From Pirellulales bacterium (GTDB lineage: Bacteria > Planctomycetota > Planctomycetia > Pirellulales > PALSA-1355), in contig CAVTBU010000005.1 in NCBI GenBank assembly GCA_963733035.1, positions 64,001 through 128,000 on the forward strand: a stretch of 64,000 bases of DNA. The letters run 5' to 3'. The notes below the pieces were generated by a model, which searched no databases, was not told the DNA's origin, and saw only the letters and a program-made list of their open reading frames with translations. Of the stretch, positions 29,395 through 39,756 are shown piece after piece. Position 1 is the stretch's first letter. Each line of letters opens with the position of its first letter. Both the position numbers and the translations under genes were made by a program.

Positions 29395-32300
29395 CTACCT
29401 AACCTCGTCCTGTGGCATGAGGTCATTCACTTGCTTAGCTTTGTCGAGCTGCTCCGTGGCACTGTATATGCGGGAGAGAAGTTCCAACACATTTTTTGTT
29501 CGCGAATGCGTTTTGCCATAGCCGACTACCAGTTTTGGATAGGCCGACGTTAGAAATGCTTCGGCCTCGTCGTAGCGACTCATCTCGACCAGGCATGCCC
29601 CCCAAAGCCGTTCGGCGTTACCAACCTGAACGTGCGAATAGGGCAGTATTTGCTGGCGAGTTTCCAAAGCCTCTTTTAATAGCGGCTCGGCCTGAGGTAG
29701 ATCCCCCGTCCTCAAATAACTCTCGCCCATAACAACCATCAATGTAGTCACAGAGATGTGCTTATCGCCAAGCTGCTGTTTGGCTTCGTCCAACACCAAC
29801 CGGGCGGTCTTGAATAGTGACTTTATGACTGACTTGTTGCCATCCAATTGGATGACCGCATCGGCGAACTCCTTCCATGTTTCCGCCCAATCTGAATATG
29901 TGCGTCCAACTCGCTTCTCTGGAAGTAGCTTCAACACGATGTGAGAAGTCTCATTCAACCTGCCTTGTTTCTGCAGCGATGTCTCTAGCTTGAGAATGAC
30001 ACCATTTGGAAGAGAATAGTAGCGAGGAAGGTCGCGGCGTGCTTCCAGTATTTTCACAAACATCTCTTCGGCTTCGCCATCGCGGCCCATGTCAGCCAGG
30101 CATTTGCCGAGTCCGTAGCGAGCTTGCAACGTTATACTCGTGCCTGCGTAGCGATCGGTTGAGAGGAGGGTATGTGCTGCTTCAACGCACAATCGGTAGA
30201 GCGCCTCCGCTTCATCGTAGACGCCTTGAGCAGCCTTCGTTTCTGCCAAGTTGACTTTGATGCGTAGAAATCCCCCCGGATCAAGCGCGCCCTGATCTAG
30301 TTCTAGACCTTCCCTGTAGCAGACGCCGGCCGCCTCCAATTCTCCATGCCTCTGTAAAATGTCACCGTATGCCAGCACAGTGCGAACATATTGACGAGCA
30401 ACTTCCTTTTCTCTATCAGAGATTTCGGGAAGCTTTTTCTCCTCCGTTGCGATTACCTGTTCCAGAGAGTCACGAGCGTCCTGCAACGCCTGACGAAAGA
30501 CTAGTATCGCCTGGTCATTGTCTGATTCTGCTTCGTAGACGCTTGCAGATGCGTGCAGGAATCGATTCTTAAGTACGCCGCGCTCGCTCGGTTCAATATC
30601 GGCTGCAGCCTCGATCAGTTTGATACCTTCACGATACGCTTGCTGAGCTTCGTCCCAATTCGCTTTGCGCTGCAACAGAGTCCCTAATCGCAGGGCCGCA
30701 TCTGCCGCATCTTGCCAACAGTGATTCGCGCGCGCAGTTACCATGAAGTCGCGATATGCTTTCTCGGCCTCGTCCGATTTATCTCGCTGCAGGAGCACGG
30801 CAGCATATCGATTGACGATCGAGTGTAGGCGCGCAATCAATCTCGAAGACTCGTCGTGGCTGATGGGACTGGCATTCAGAGTGTCCGTGATCAAACCGAC
30901 TGCTTCTTCAAACAGTCGGTCTGATCGCCGCTCGTCGTCAATAGATTCTGCGAGTCCAGACAATTCCAGTGCTGAGCGGTCGAGATCAAGCTTCATTCGT
31001 CGTTCGATTGCGACAACTTCTCGAAGAAGCCGTTCTGCGGTGTCGAACTGCTTATTTGCGGCATACATTTGACCGCTTAACCGCAGAATTGTGATCGTAA
31101 ACGGATGGTCGGTTGGGGCGGCTTCACGTAGCAATTTCACCGCTTCGTCTAACGAGGCGACGGCTGTCTTGCTGTTGCCGAGTCTCGTTGCGATGACAGC
31201 ATTTTGGAATTTAGAAATCGTCAGTCCCATAATCCTGGTGGCAGGATCTTTTAGCAGAATCGGATTTGCCGTGAGGATGAGTTTAGTTGCCTCCTGCTCT
31301 GGCTCCGGGCTGTCCGGGTAGCAATTCAGCAGCGTGCCAGCTAGCCCTAGCATCGCCAACGCCGTTTGCGGATGCTTTGGACCATAATAATTGCGATGCC
31401 AGTCCACGGATTCTCGACAAAGAGCCACTGCTCGGGGAGAATCTTTCAAGGGTCCGTGGGGCGCGCCGATTCCTAGGATCGTGGCCAATGACAACCTTGA
31501 CTCGTCCACCAGTGGATCATCGTCGTCGAGTAGCTTTCGGCGAATTGTCAATGCCTCTTCAGCAAGTTCAGCGGCCTCCGTAAATCTATATTGGCTAAAT
31601 CGAAGCACCGCGAGACTCTGCAAGCTGGTCGCCATATCTAAATGTTCTCGCGGCAATTCCCTTCGGCGCAACTCATACGCTTCTTCCCATAGAGTCGCAG
31701 CTCGATCAAACGCTCCAAGCGCCCAGTAGACATCGCCGATGGTTGTCTTGAGCGAAGCCTGCACAAGGGGTTGATCTCTTAACTCATCAGTTACCCTCTG
31801 CGCTCCACGGTCCAAAATCTGCCGAGCTGCGATAGCTGTGCTGGAGGACGACTGGTCAATGCCAAACCGCGTTCCTGCTATCTTTAAAGGTGCTGACTCC
31901 TCGAACATATGAGCCAGAAATGCCGCCACTTGCCGCGACTTTTCCATTTCCAGTTTTGCGTGCTTGGCCTCCTCTGCCGCGCGGTCGCGTGCCTCAGCTG
32001 TCTGGCGAGCGTTTGCTTCGGCCTCAGCTGCCTTCAAGTCGGCGCGCTCCTTTTCCTTTAGAGCGGCTTCGGCATTTATCTCAGATTCTTTGGCCTTTGT
32101 GTCGGCGCGCTCTTTTTGGGCTAAGGCAGCCCGAGCGTTAGCTTCAGCTATCGCCGCCTGTTCATCCGCTCGCCGTTCTGCCCTCGTGGCCCGAATCGCC
32201 TGCCAACTGCTGACGACCGTACCGAGAACTAGAGCAGCAATGAGCAGCGAAGCAGTCACAAGTGCCCCGCGATTTCGTCGGGCGAACTTACGGAAGCGGT

Positions 32301-33507
32301 AGGCAGCCGATGGCGGACCAGCTTCCACGGGTTGGTCGGTCAGGTAACGGCTGATATCGCTGGCGAGGCTGTTGGCGGTTTCGTAGCGGCGGCTGCGGTC
32401 CTTTTCCAGCGTCTTCATGACGATCCAGTCCAGGTCGCCGCGGATGAACTGGCTCAGGCGATTGGGATCGGCTTGGCGATGCGTTGCTACAGCAGTGCGA
32501 GTTTCCCCCAGCGTGCTTATCATCGTGCTAGGACGAACGGGCTCTTCCTCGCGGATGATTCGTCGAATCTCATCAAACGTGGCTTTTCGAAACCGTTCCC
32601 GGTCGAAAGGCGTTGTGCCAGTCAGCAATTCGTAGAGCAGCACGCCCAGTGAGTAGATGTCGGTTCTTGTATCAACATCCAGGCTGCTCATCTCGGCTTG
32701 TTCGGGACTCATGTACAGCGGGGTCCCAACCATCGCCGCGAAGTTCGTGAAGAGCGTCTTCTCGGTGAGCTGCTGGTTGATTGCCTTGGCGACGCCAAAA
32801 TCGATGACCTTGGGTACTGGCTTGCCATCGTTGAGCGTCACCAGCACATTCGACGGCTTGATGTCGCGATGGATAATGCCCTTTTGATGAGCGTGCTGAA
32901 CGGCATGACAGACCTGGGCGAACAAGTCCAGACGGTCGCGCAGCGAAAGCTGGTTCAAATCACAGTATTCAGTAATAGGCACACCACGGACCAGTTCCAT
33001 CACGAAAAACGGTCGTCCCGAGTCGGTCGTACCAGCGTCGTAGACTCGGGCGATGTTGGGGTGGTCCATCATGGCCAGAGCCTGACGTTCGGCTTCAAAC
33101 CGAGCGACCACCTGCTTGGTATCGAGTCCCGGCTTGATCACCTTGAGCGCGACACGCCTCCGCAATGGCTCCTGCTGCTCGGCCATATAGACGGCGCCCA
33201 TCCCGCCTTCGCCGATGAGTTCCAGCAGCTTGTAGGGTCCGATTGTGGTGCCCGCCAGGTCGGTCGTATCGTCGCTCGCACCCTCGCCGTTCCCAACTGG
33301 CGAAACACCCGCGGTCGGAAGGAGCCCGCTCGGCGGCAGTTCCAAGAAATCACCAGCTTTAGCGTGGGCTGCCAACAGCCTTTCGGCCGCCTGACGCAGT
33401 TCGGGTGAATCGGCGCAAACTTCGTTTAGATAGGCAGTCCGTTCTTCCGCCGTATGCTTCTCGAGCGCGGCACAGAAAACATCTTCAACACGGGAAGGAT
33501 CGGACAT
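29395..33507 (-). CDS. Ser/Thr protein kinase with TM segment and C-terminal TPR repeats
   Basis: [32 protein letters not shown]; many TPR-like helices. Confidence 0.95.
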   Translation of the reverse strand: MSDPSRVEDVFCAALEKHTAEERTAYLNEVCADSPELRQAAERLLAAHAKAGDFLELPPSGLLPTAGVSPVGNGEGASDDTTDLAGTTIGPYKLLELIGEGGMGAVYMAEQQEPLRRRVALKVIKPGLDTKQVVARFEAERQALAMMDHPNIARVYDAGTTDSGRPFFVMELVRGVPITEYCDLNQLSLRDRLDLFAQVCHAVQHAHQKGIIHRDIKPSNVLVTLNDGKPVPKVIDFGVAKAINQQLTEKTLFTNFAAMVGTPLYMSPEQAEMSSLDVDTRTDIYSLGVLLYELLTGTTPFDRERFRKATFDEIRRIIREEEPVRPSTMISTLGETRTAVATHRQADPNRLSQFIRGDLDWIVMKTLEKDRSRRYETANSLASDISRYLTDQPVEAGPPSAAYRFRKFARRNRGALVTASLLIAALVLGTVVSSWQAIRATRAERRADEQAAIAEANARAALAQKERADTKAKESEINAEAALKEKERADLKAAEAEANARQTAEARDRAAEEAKHAKLEMEKSRQVAAFLAHMFEESAPLKIAGTRFGIDQSSSSTAIAARQILDRGAQRVTDELRDQPLVQASLKTTIGDVYWALGAFDRAATLWEEAYELRRRELPREHLDMATSLQSLAVLRFSQYRFTEAAELAEEALTIRRKLLDDDDPLVDESRLSLATILGIGAPHGPLKDSPRAVALCRESVDWHRNYYGPKHPQTALAMLGLAGTLLNCYPDSPEPEQEATKLILTANPILLKDPATRIMGLTISKFQNAVIATRLGNSKTAVASLDEAVKLLREAAPTDHPFTITILRLSGQMYAANKQFDTAERLLREVVAIERRMKLDLDRSALELSGLAESIDDERRSDRLFEEAVGLITDTLNASPISHDESSRLIARLHSIVNRYAAVLLQRDKSDEAEKAYRDFMVTARANHCWQDAADAALRLGTLLQRKANWDEAQQAYREGIKLIEAAADIEPSERGVLKNRFLHASASVYEAESDNDQAILVFRQALQDARDSLEQVIATEEKKLPEISDREKEVARQYVRTVLAYGDILQRHGELEAAGVCYREGLELDQGALDPGGFLRIKVNLAETKAAQGVYDEAEALYRLCVEAAHTLLSTDRYAGTSITLQARYGLGKCLADMGRDGEAEEMFVKILEARRDLPRYYSLPNGVILKLETSLQKQGRLNETSHIVLKLLPEKRVGRTYSDWAETWKEFADAVIQLDGNKSVIKSLFKTARLVLDEAKQQLGDKHISVTTLMVVMGESYLRTGDLPQAEPLLKEALETRQQILPYSHVQVGNAERLWGACLVEMSRYDEAEAFLTSAYPKLVVGYGKTHSRTKNVLELLSRIYSATEQLDKAKQVNDLMPQDEVR

Positions 33508-33510
33508 GGG

Positions 33511-34092
33511 TCAGTTCTCTGTGATTACTCCAAGGTCGTCGTTCAATTCGGCATACAGCCAACTGCGGGCATAAGCCCAGTGCCGCTCCGCGGTAGCGAC
33601 CGAGATTCCCAGGGCTTCGGCAGCTTCGCGCGTGGTGAACCCAGCAAAGTAACGCAGCTTGACCAGCTCCGCCTTGGCAGGTGCTCGGGAAGCCAGCCGA
33701 TCCAGTGCTTCGTCGAGGGCGAGCAGGTCCGTGGCGGGAGCATCGTCGGCAAGCGAGCAGGCGGCTTCCAAGTCCACGCGCTTTCGTCCACCGCCATGCT
33801 TGTATGCATTTCGGCGACGGGCTTTATCGACCAAGATGCGCCGCATGGCTTCTGCCGCCGCAGCAAAGAAATGGTTGCGACCTTGCCACGAATGGTGATT
33901 GTCTCCACCAGCCAGCTTCAAATAGGCTTCATGTACCAAGCCGGTCGCATCGAGGGTTTGTCCCGGTCGCTCTTGGGACAGTTTCCGCGCAGCCAGCCGT
34001 CTCAATTCACCGTACACCAGCGGCAACAACTGATCCGCCGCCAAGGCGTTGCCTTGTTCGATCTGAAGCAGTAGTTGCGTTACTTCTGACAT
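33511..34092 (-). CDS. ECF sigma factor, TIGR02999-like
   Basis: MSEVTQLL...LLPLVYGELRRLA...TLDATGLVHEAYLKL...HFFAAAAEAMRRILVD...WAYARSWL. Confidence 0.93.
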   Translation of the reverse strand: MSEVTQLLLQIEQGNALAADQLLPLVYGELRRLAARKLSQERPGQTLDATGLVHEAYLKLAGGDNHHSWQGRNHFFAAAAEAMRRILVDKARRRNAYKHGGGRKRVDLEAACSLADDAPATDLLALDEALDRLASRAPAKAELVKLRYFAGFTTREAAEALGISVATAERHWAYARSWLYAELNDDLGVITEN

Positions 34093-34225
34093 ACGGCAAG
34101 CCGCCTGCGAATCGAGGGGTTCATGACCGCCCATTCTAATGTCAACTCGGCGACCGATTGAAGTTTTCGCGATGGACTGCAGAATGCATTTTGGATGAGC
34201 CAAAAATGCGGAACCCGAAGGATCG

Positions 34226-34945
34226 CTACTTCGAAGTTAGCGATTCAGACATGTTGAGCTCGAGCTTAGCGAAGCCGGGTTTCGGTCCTTTGCTTCCTTG
34301 GTCCATGGTCGCGACCTGGGCGGACAGGCGATCACGGAATACGTATCCGCTGTATTTGCGGCTCCGTGCCTCGCCGATGATCATGTTGCCGGTTTGCATT
34401 TCGATCTGGCAGCCTTGATATTCTCCACTCACCTTGACCCGCGCCGGTCTGCCGAAACGACCGATCTCGATCAGTTCTCCCTCGAAGCCAAGTTTTCGAG
34501 CTTTGGTGATGTGCAACTCGACCTGCACGGCTCCGACCTTGGTGTCCATCGTCCCCGACCACCTGGCTCCAGTAACAAACCGGTTCCGCCCGCCCAACAC
34601 GCGCGTGACCTTACGCTCCACAGTGTTTAGGCGGTGCATCTCGGGATGATCGGCTGACAAACCCTTTCGCTCCAGTACCTGACGGCATTTGTCGATGCCC
34701 GCGAGAATCACCTCGAAGTTCTTAATCGCCGGCTCGATTTTGGCAAGGAACTCGTCCGAGGTGGGCAGCTCGCCCGAATGGTCAAAGGCAGCACGAGTTT
34801 GGAAATCCAGCTGCTTTCGGAGCATGTCGGTCGCCCGCTCGACCCTCTTTTCCAGTGTGGCAATCCGATCCGTCCCAGCGGCAGCCGAACTGGTGCTTAG
34901 TACGACCACCAGTCCCATCGCCAGCGCAATTTGAATCCTTTTCAT
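34226..34945 (-). CDS. Hypothetical secreted protein
   Basis: Signal peptide MKRIQIALAMGLVVVLSTSSAAA; GGGAG SD. Confidence 0.7.
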   Translation of the reverse strand: MKRIQIALAMGLVVVLSTSSAAAGTDRIATLEKRVERATDMLRKQLDFQTRAAFDHSGELPTSDEFLAKIEPAIKNFEVILAGIDKCRQVLERKGLSADHPEMHRLNTVERKVTRVLGGRNRFVTGARWSGTMDTKVGAVQVELHITKARKLGFEGELIEIGRFGRPARVKVSGEYQGCQIEMQTGNMIIGEARSRKYSGYVFRDRLSAQVATMDQGSKGPKPGFAKLELNMSESLTSK

Positions 34946-34990
34946 TGGTTTGCTCCCCAGCGTCCTGTTTTTTTGCGTTCCTACTGCCGT

Positions 34991-35018
34991 ATGCGAGATT
35001 GCTGGGGAGAGTCCCTCA
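34991..35018 (-). promoter_or_regulatory. ECF-type promoter motif TGAGGGA-N13-TCTCGCAT, copy 2
   Basis: Matches 29213-29240; about 46 bp upstream of ATG 34945. Confidence 0.65.
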
Positions 35019-35103
35019 TCGAAGGCGGATCTTTTCTTGGGGAATTGACGGTTGGAGGGGGGCGGGTGTGGGGCGAGTGGCCGTGCCGATGGCGGGAAAT
35101 GTC

Positions 35104-35158
35104 GAATGGACGGCATTGAAGGCTTACCTATTTTGACTCGATTCGACACTGTGTCGGA
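35104..35158. repeat. ~57 bp non-coding repeat, copy B
   Basis: Near-identical to 28714-28771. Confidence 0.75.
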
Positions 35159-35566
35159 AAATTGCCGGTGAACTTGGGCATGCGCAGGCCGGGTCGTTGG
35201 TCATCAGCCGCGAAGTCATTCGGGCAACCGTGTCAACACTTGGTAGTTGGAGGATGTCGTTTCCTGCCTTACAAACCATGCAGGACAAGCCCAGGGCATT
35301 GATATACTCAAGTCGCGCACTGGACGTTTTCGAGTCATCGCTCCGCCTTGTCGCATTCGTTGGGGCGAAGTCCTGCACTCGGCGGATCCAACGCGTACTC
35401 ATGCGTGTGGTATGATGCCCGCGTCTTTTCGGCTGGCGTGAGCTTTTGGATCGTGAACCAGTAGGGACAAGAAGTCGAAACCGTGAATGTGCGCCCTTGC
35501 TTGTCGCCACCGTTGTCGCTTCAGCACCGTGGGCAAATCGGCTGCGATTGAATGGGCGGAACTGAT

Positions 35567-36100
35567 TCACTCGCACGGCCAATCTGTCCCCGCCTCAATC
35601 GTCAGCACGTCCCAATCGGGAACGATTTCATCGTCCTGCCGGCGATAGTGCCAAACGCCATTCGGACTGATGATCCGATAGAACCCGTTGGGCACGCGGT
35701 CGCGCAGATGAGCTACAACCCCTTCTTTAGTCCCAGTGGTGATCACGTGCCCAGATTGGTCTTGGAGCACGTATTGCGATTTTGAATCAACGGCGACCCA
35801 CTCCTGATTCTTCGCGGCATCCAGTCCGTCCGACGTGACCTTCACCAATGGATACACTTTGAACCGTTCAATTTCAGATTCAGGCTCGACCACGTTGCAT
35901 TCGTCGGCGACAACACCATCAGAATAATCGACCTCCCAAGGCACGTTTTCCTCATCGGCAAGTTCTTCAAGATAATTGCACACGCTGTAATTCTCAAGTT
36001 CTTCGACATCCATGTCGTCGGGGATTTCAACATAGAAACGCCGACAGAGGCGTAATCCTTCCTCTCCAAATTGCTCGATCAAAACCCTTTTCATCATCAT
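35567..36100 (-). CDS. Acidic hypothetical protein
   Basis: GAGG SD; N-terminus similar to that of 37066-37590. Confidence 0.65.
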   Translation of the reverse strand: MMMKRVLIEQFGEEGLRLCRRFYVEIPDDMDVEELENYSVCNYLEELADEENVPWEVDYSDGVVADECNVVEPESEIERFKVYPLVKVTSDGLDAAKNQEWVAVDSKSQYVLQDQSGHVITTGTKEGVVAHLRDRVPNGFYRIISPNGVWHYRRQDDEIVPDWDVLTIEAGTDWPCE

Positions 36101-36191
36101 TTCCTCATTTCAATGCTCCAAACATTTAACGGCTCGTTCGGTAGCCCACGACGAGCACACCACCGAAGTCGAGCCATCGTGTCACGATCTG

Positions 36192-37079
36192 TTACATCCC
36201 ATCTGCCGGTTCAAAGTTCATCCAGACCCGCTCAGTCATACGCGGCTTGTCCGCTTTTCCGCTGGCGTGGTTCGGCAGTTCGAAATCCACATGATGCCAG
36301 CCGTGCGTTCTTGCAGCCTGATCGTAGAGATCGGACGGATAGCCCGAGAGTAAGAACTTGCCTTGGCAGCCGGCGAGAGCCTCCAATAACTCTCGGTGTT
36401 GCTCCTCAGACATTTCGTGTTGGTATACACCCGTGCTTGTGCGCGTCTCGAATAGGTATGGCGGATCCAAGTAGAACAACGTCTTGTCGCCATCCTGCTG
36501 CTTGACTACTTCCACTGCATCACGATTGAGAATTACAACCCGTTTCAGGCGTGCGTACACCTCAGACAGACCTTCCACGCACGTCAGCCATGCACTGGCT
36601 TGCTCGTTCATGCCGCGCCGAGTTCGGTTTCGGCTCAGTGGAGCAAAATTCTGGAACGACCCTGCCCGAGATTGACGACAGCGGATGAAGAACCCGACCG
36701 CGCGTAAAACAATGTCGGCGTCACAGCTCAACTTCGCTGCGATGTGCCACATTGCTTTAGAGAATGGCACTGCCTGGATGATCCTTTCGAACCTACGGAA
36801 TGAATGTGGATCCTGAAGCACAGTCCAGGAGTTCATCAACTCGCGATGCAGGTCGTTGACCACCTCGCTGCATCCCTTTTGATACGACGGCAAGGGCTCT
36901 CCATCGTCGAGCCAATCACGATTCGGATCGCGCTCCAGCAGTACGGCAAGACTGCCGGCATAGGGTTCGACGTAGCACAAGTGGGGCGGCATCAGAGCGA
37001 TGATCTTCTTCGCGAGATAGTGCTTGCCTCCATGCCATTTCAGTGGCGATGACGGCGCCTGGTAATCAACCGTTGGCAT
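36192..37079 (-). CDS. DNA adenine methyltransferase, D12/Dam class
   Basis: LKWHGGKHYLA, YVEPYAGSLAV, VVND, LFYLDPPY; AAGGAG SD before ATG 37079. Confidence 0.93.
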   Translation of the reverse strand: MPTVDYQAPSSPLKWHGGKHYLAKKIIALMPPHLCYVEPYAGSLAVLLERDPNRDWLDDGEPLPSYQKGCSEVVNDLHRELMNSWTVLQDPHSFRRFERIIQAVPFSKAMWHIAAKLSCDADIVLRAVGFFIRCRQSRAGSFQNFAPLSRNRTRRGMNEQASAWLTCVEGLSEVYARLKRVVILNRDAVEVVKQQDGDKTLFYLDPPYLFETRTSTGVYQHEMSEEQHRELLEALAGCQGKFLLSGYPSDLYDQAARTHGWHHVDFELPNHASGKADKPRMTERVWMNFEPADGM

Positions 37080-37590
37080 TGGCGGCTCCTTCACTCCTGG
37101 CTTGCTCGTCCGAGTCGCCCACAGTGGAACGAGACTCCGCGTCATGGCTACCGGATAACGTCGTAACGATGGTGACCCGCGACAGATCCTCCCAGACGTA
37201 CGGACCGATAACTGCTTCCCCCAATTCGCTTGCACTTGGATCGTCCACTGCACTTTGCAGACCGCAATGCTCGCACCCGACCATCAACCAGCATCCGTCA
37301 AGGTATGTTTCGAACTCGTGATTGCAGCACCGAACACGCTCCAGTTCCTCCGCCAAATCAACCACTGGCAAGACTGAATTTGGCTCGGCGGCGTGCGACA
37401 CAAAGTGCCGGATCGGCGTGATGTGGAATTCCTCGCGTGTCACCCAATTTGTCTCCCTGTCCAGCTTCAGGTCTTCGAGCCGCACACACTCAATCAATTC
37501 CTCAGGACAGTCATCGGGAACCTCGACGACAAACTCCCTGATGTATTCCACCTCCGATACTCCCACCTGCTTTATTACGACACGTTTCAT
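37066..37590 (-). CDS. Hypothetical protein with C-terminal Cys/His (Zn-binding-like) domain
   Basis: CCNHEF...CEHCG...VDDP...PYVWEDLSRV; overlaps the Dam start. Confidence 0.65.
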   Translation of the reverse strand: MKRVVIKQVGVSEVEYIREFVVEVPDDCPEELIECVRLEDLKLDRETNWVTREEFHITPIRHFVSHAAEPNSVLPVVDLAEELERVRCCNHEFETYLDGCWLMVGCEHCGLQSAVDDPSASELGEAVIGPYVWEDLSRVTIVTTLSGSHDAESRSTVGDSDEQARSEGAANANG

Positions 37591-37713
37591 CTTCCAATCC
37601 CCTTACTTGCGTGTGGCACATCGCCGCACAGCACTTATCTAGTATTCTTTAAACGAGCCGCACCGTGGGACGACCCGCGACGAGCGAGCCTCCCACCAGT
37701 GCAGCCATTGCTG

Positions 37714-38553
37714 TTACGCTTGCTTCGAGACTTCTTTGACTTCCAGGCACAGATCGTCATGCACTCGGAGCTGTTCCACCAAGTCAGGATGAATGACCTC
37801 GTCGTCCGCATTCTCGTACCAGCCGAAACCGTCCCGAAACCAGCCAACCCTTTCACAGACGAACCAGTCGTCGATGGAGTCATATACGGATCGCATCGCA
37901 GGAATTGCGCAAACATCTTCGTCCGTTTTCAGTACTCTGTGGGCTTTCGGTGTCAATCGTGCTCGAAAGTTTCGGTCTCTCTCGCACATGACGGCATAGC
38001 GCGGGTCCGACCACAAGAACCGAAGCAGCGACAGGCTGAGCGTATTGACCTCAATGGGCTTGCTGGTGCAGATGACCCGATAGCCTGCGTACGTCGTGTA
38101 GATACGATAGGATTGCGGTTTGAAATCGCTGCCAGCAAGCTCATCCAAGATCGACAAGCTCTCAAAAATGCACTCTAAAGGACTCATCCACGAGTATTTG
38201 CCCAGCAGCGCCCCGTCGTCCAAATCACCGTCGATGTCTGCGATAAACAGATTCCGGCTGTTCAGACAAACTGCCCCCCGTGAATTGACCGTCAGGCTTG
38301 CACTGCCCAGTTGGTAAGCGCCTGCGGTGTCGAGCACTGGCTCTCCGCCCTCAATTTCGTCGAGCGCAATCTCTTGCTCATTCCACACAAGCGCCCTGGC
38401 TCGTTTGAGCACTTCTAGGCGAGCAGGATTTTCCAGGCGACGCCGTAATTCCGCAGCTCGCATCGCAGCACGCTCCTTTTCTCGCTTTTCCCACACCTCA
38501 AATGAAATGGGAGCTGCCACACTTCGTAACTTTTCCAAAAACGTATCAGTCAT
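37714..38553 (-). CDS. Hypothetical protein with AEP primase-like motifs
   Basis: LFIADIDGD, YRIYTTYAGYRVI, DPRY...FRARLTPK; AAGGA SD. Confidence 0.55.
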   Translation of the reverse strand: MTDTFLEKLRSVAAPISFEVWEKREKERAAMRAAELRRRLENPARLEVLKRARALVWNEQEIALDEIEGGEPVLDTAGAYQLGSASLTVNSRGAVCLNSRNLFIADIDGDLDDGALLGKYSWMSPLECIFESLSILDELAGSDFKPQSYRIYTTYAGYRVICTSKPIEVNTLSLSLLRFLWSDPRYAVMCERDRNFRARLTPKAHRVLKTDEDVCAIPAMRSVYDSIDDWFVCERVGWFRDGFGWYENADDEVIHPDLVEQLRVHDDLCLEVKEVSKQA

Positions 38554-38647
38554 AATTCGTATTCCTTAGACGCCGACGGCGCATCGCCGCGGCGTAGTTG
38601 TTCTGAAAGTTCGCCCACAAAATGCAGTCCAACGAAGACTGCGGTGG

Positions 38648-38769
38648 GCATCCCAGCACTCGAGCGAGAGGATGGGGGCGTCCGAGAGAGCGGACACTCA
38701 GTAGAGAGAAAGTTCTTTCAACGTTGCGGTTACTTTAGCATGAGTCGAAGTCGCATGCAACACCAACTT
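38648..38769 (-). promoter_or_regulatory. Sigma70-type promoter (TTGCAT-N17-TAAAGT) plus structured 5' leader, copy 2
   Basis: Homologous to 14077-14197; -35 at 38760-38755, -10 at 38737-38732. Confidence 0.7.
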
Positions 38770-38844
38770 TTTGCGCGCGACGGTTTGTTTTGCGATTTTC
38801 AAAAACCAGTTTCCAAAACTGCAACACTCCACCGATGCAAATGC

Positions 38845-39060
38845 TCACTGAGGTGTATCGTCATTGTTACTGGCTCTGTCCATCGTGAGCTTGAGCTTCT
38901 CTGAAATCGGCACGATCTCCTCGGCAGTCCAGACTCTACGGCTACCAACTCGCAGCCGAGGCTCCGGAACCTGCCCCGTAGCCAGAAGATAATGGATCTT
39001 GTAGGGCGCAACGCGCAGCAACTCTGCCACGTCGCCGAGCGAATAAAATTGTTTGGTCAT
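38845..39060 (-). CDS. Small MerR/excisionase-type HTH protein
   Basis: YSLGDVAELLRVAPYKIHYLLATGQVPEP...GSRRVWTAEEI; GGAGG SD. Confidence 0.82.
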   Translation of the reverse strand: MTKQFYSLGDVAELLRVAPYKIHYLLATGQVPEPRLRVGSRRVWTAEEIVPISEKLKLTMDRASNNDDTPQ

Positions 39061-39291
39061 TTATCACCTCCACGGTATCTATGCAGAAGAGCATCATATT
39101 TTCATTGTGACGACAGGAAATTCTTTCCCGGCGCGAAGAAATCGTTCCAAGGGCGAGTGAGAAGAAAGAACCTCGACAGTCAAGATCCGAGTTGGTCCGC
39201 GACCGGTTCAAAGCGACGGAATCGCTGAACTGTCCTGGGTTTTGCCCGCGCACTGTTTTCGGCGCCTGCATCTCTGGCGCCCTATCGGATC

Positions 39292-39317
39292 ATTTTGAAA
39301 AACAAGTTTTTCAAAAT
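39292..39317. repeat. Perfect 12-bp inverted repeat ATTTTGAAAAAC-AA-GTTTTTCAAAAT
   Basis: Read directly from the sequence; degenerate copies elsewhere. Confidence 0.7.
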
Positions 39318-39756
39318 CCCAAAGACCACGAAAATAACGGATCGACTTCGTCGCCTGCTTGGTATGCATCAACGTCTTTCCGAGTCGAAGGCGATTCCAT
39401 AGATGCTCGCTCGAAATCGCCTGAATCCTGCCTTTTTTGGCGGGAGCCAAACGCAGCACGCACTGACGGGAAATCGAAGATACGTTGGATTTCGAAGCGA
39501 TTTGTGGGCACTCGTCGCTGGGTCGTTGAATCACAACCCAGATTGAGCTGCCTGTGAGTAGACTCTGAGGCGCCGCGGCGCGAAATGATCGGGACTCAGC
39601 CGACCGGAGATGCCTCGATACCACACAGGTTCTCTGCATCCCGTCGGTCAAAGTGGACCAGTATCCACCGGGCACTTCCTTGCATGACGCCGCAGCCTCG
39701 TGGTATCGTTTCGGCGTCGGCAACCGATGTCGTGTTGACTAACTCGGGAGAAGCTA

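Noticed and set aside
32332..34139. Long plus-strand ORFs opposite the kinase and sigma genes (also elsewhere in the track)
   Set aside because: Antisense shadow ORFs of GC-rich coding sequence
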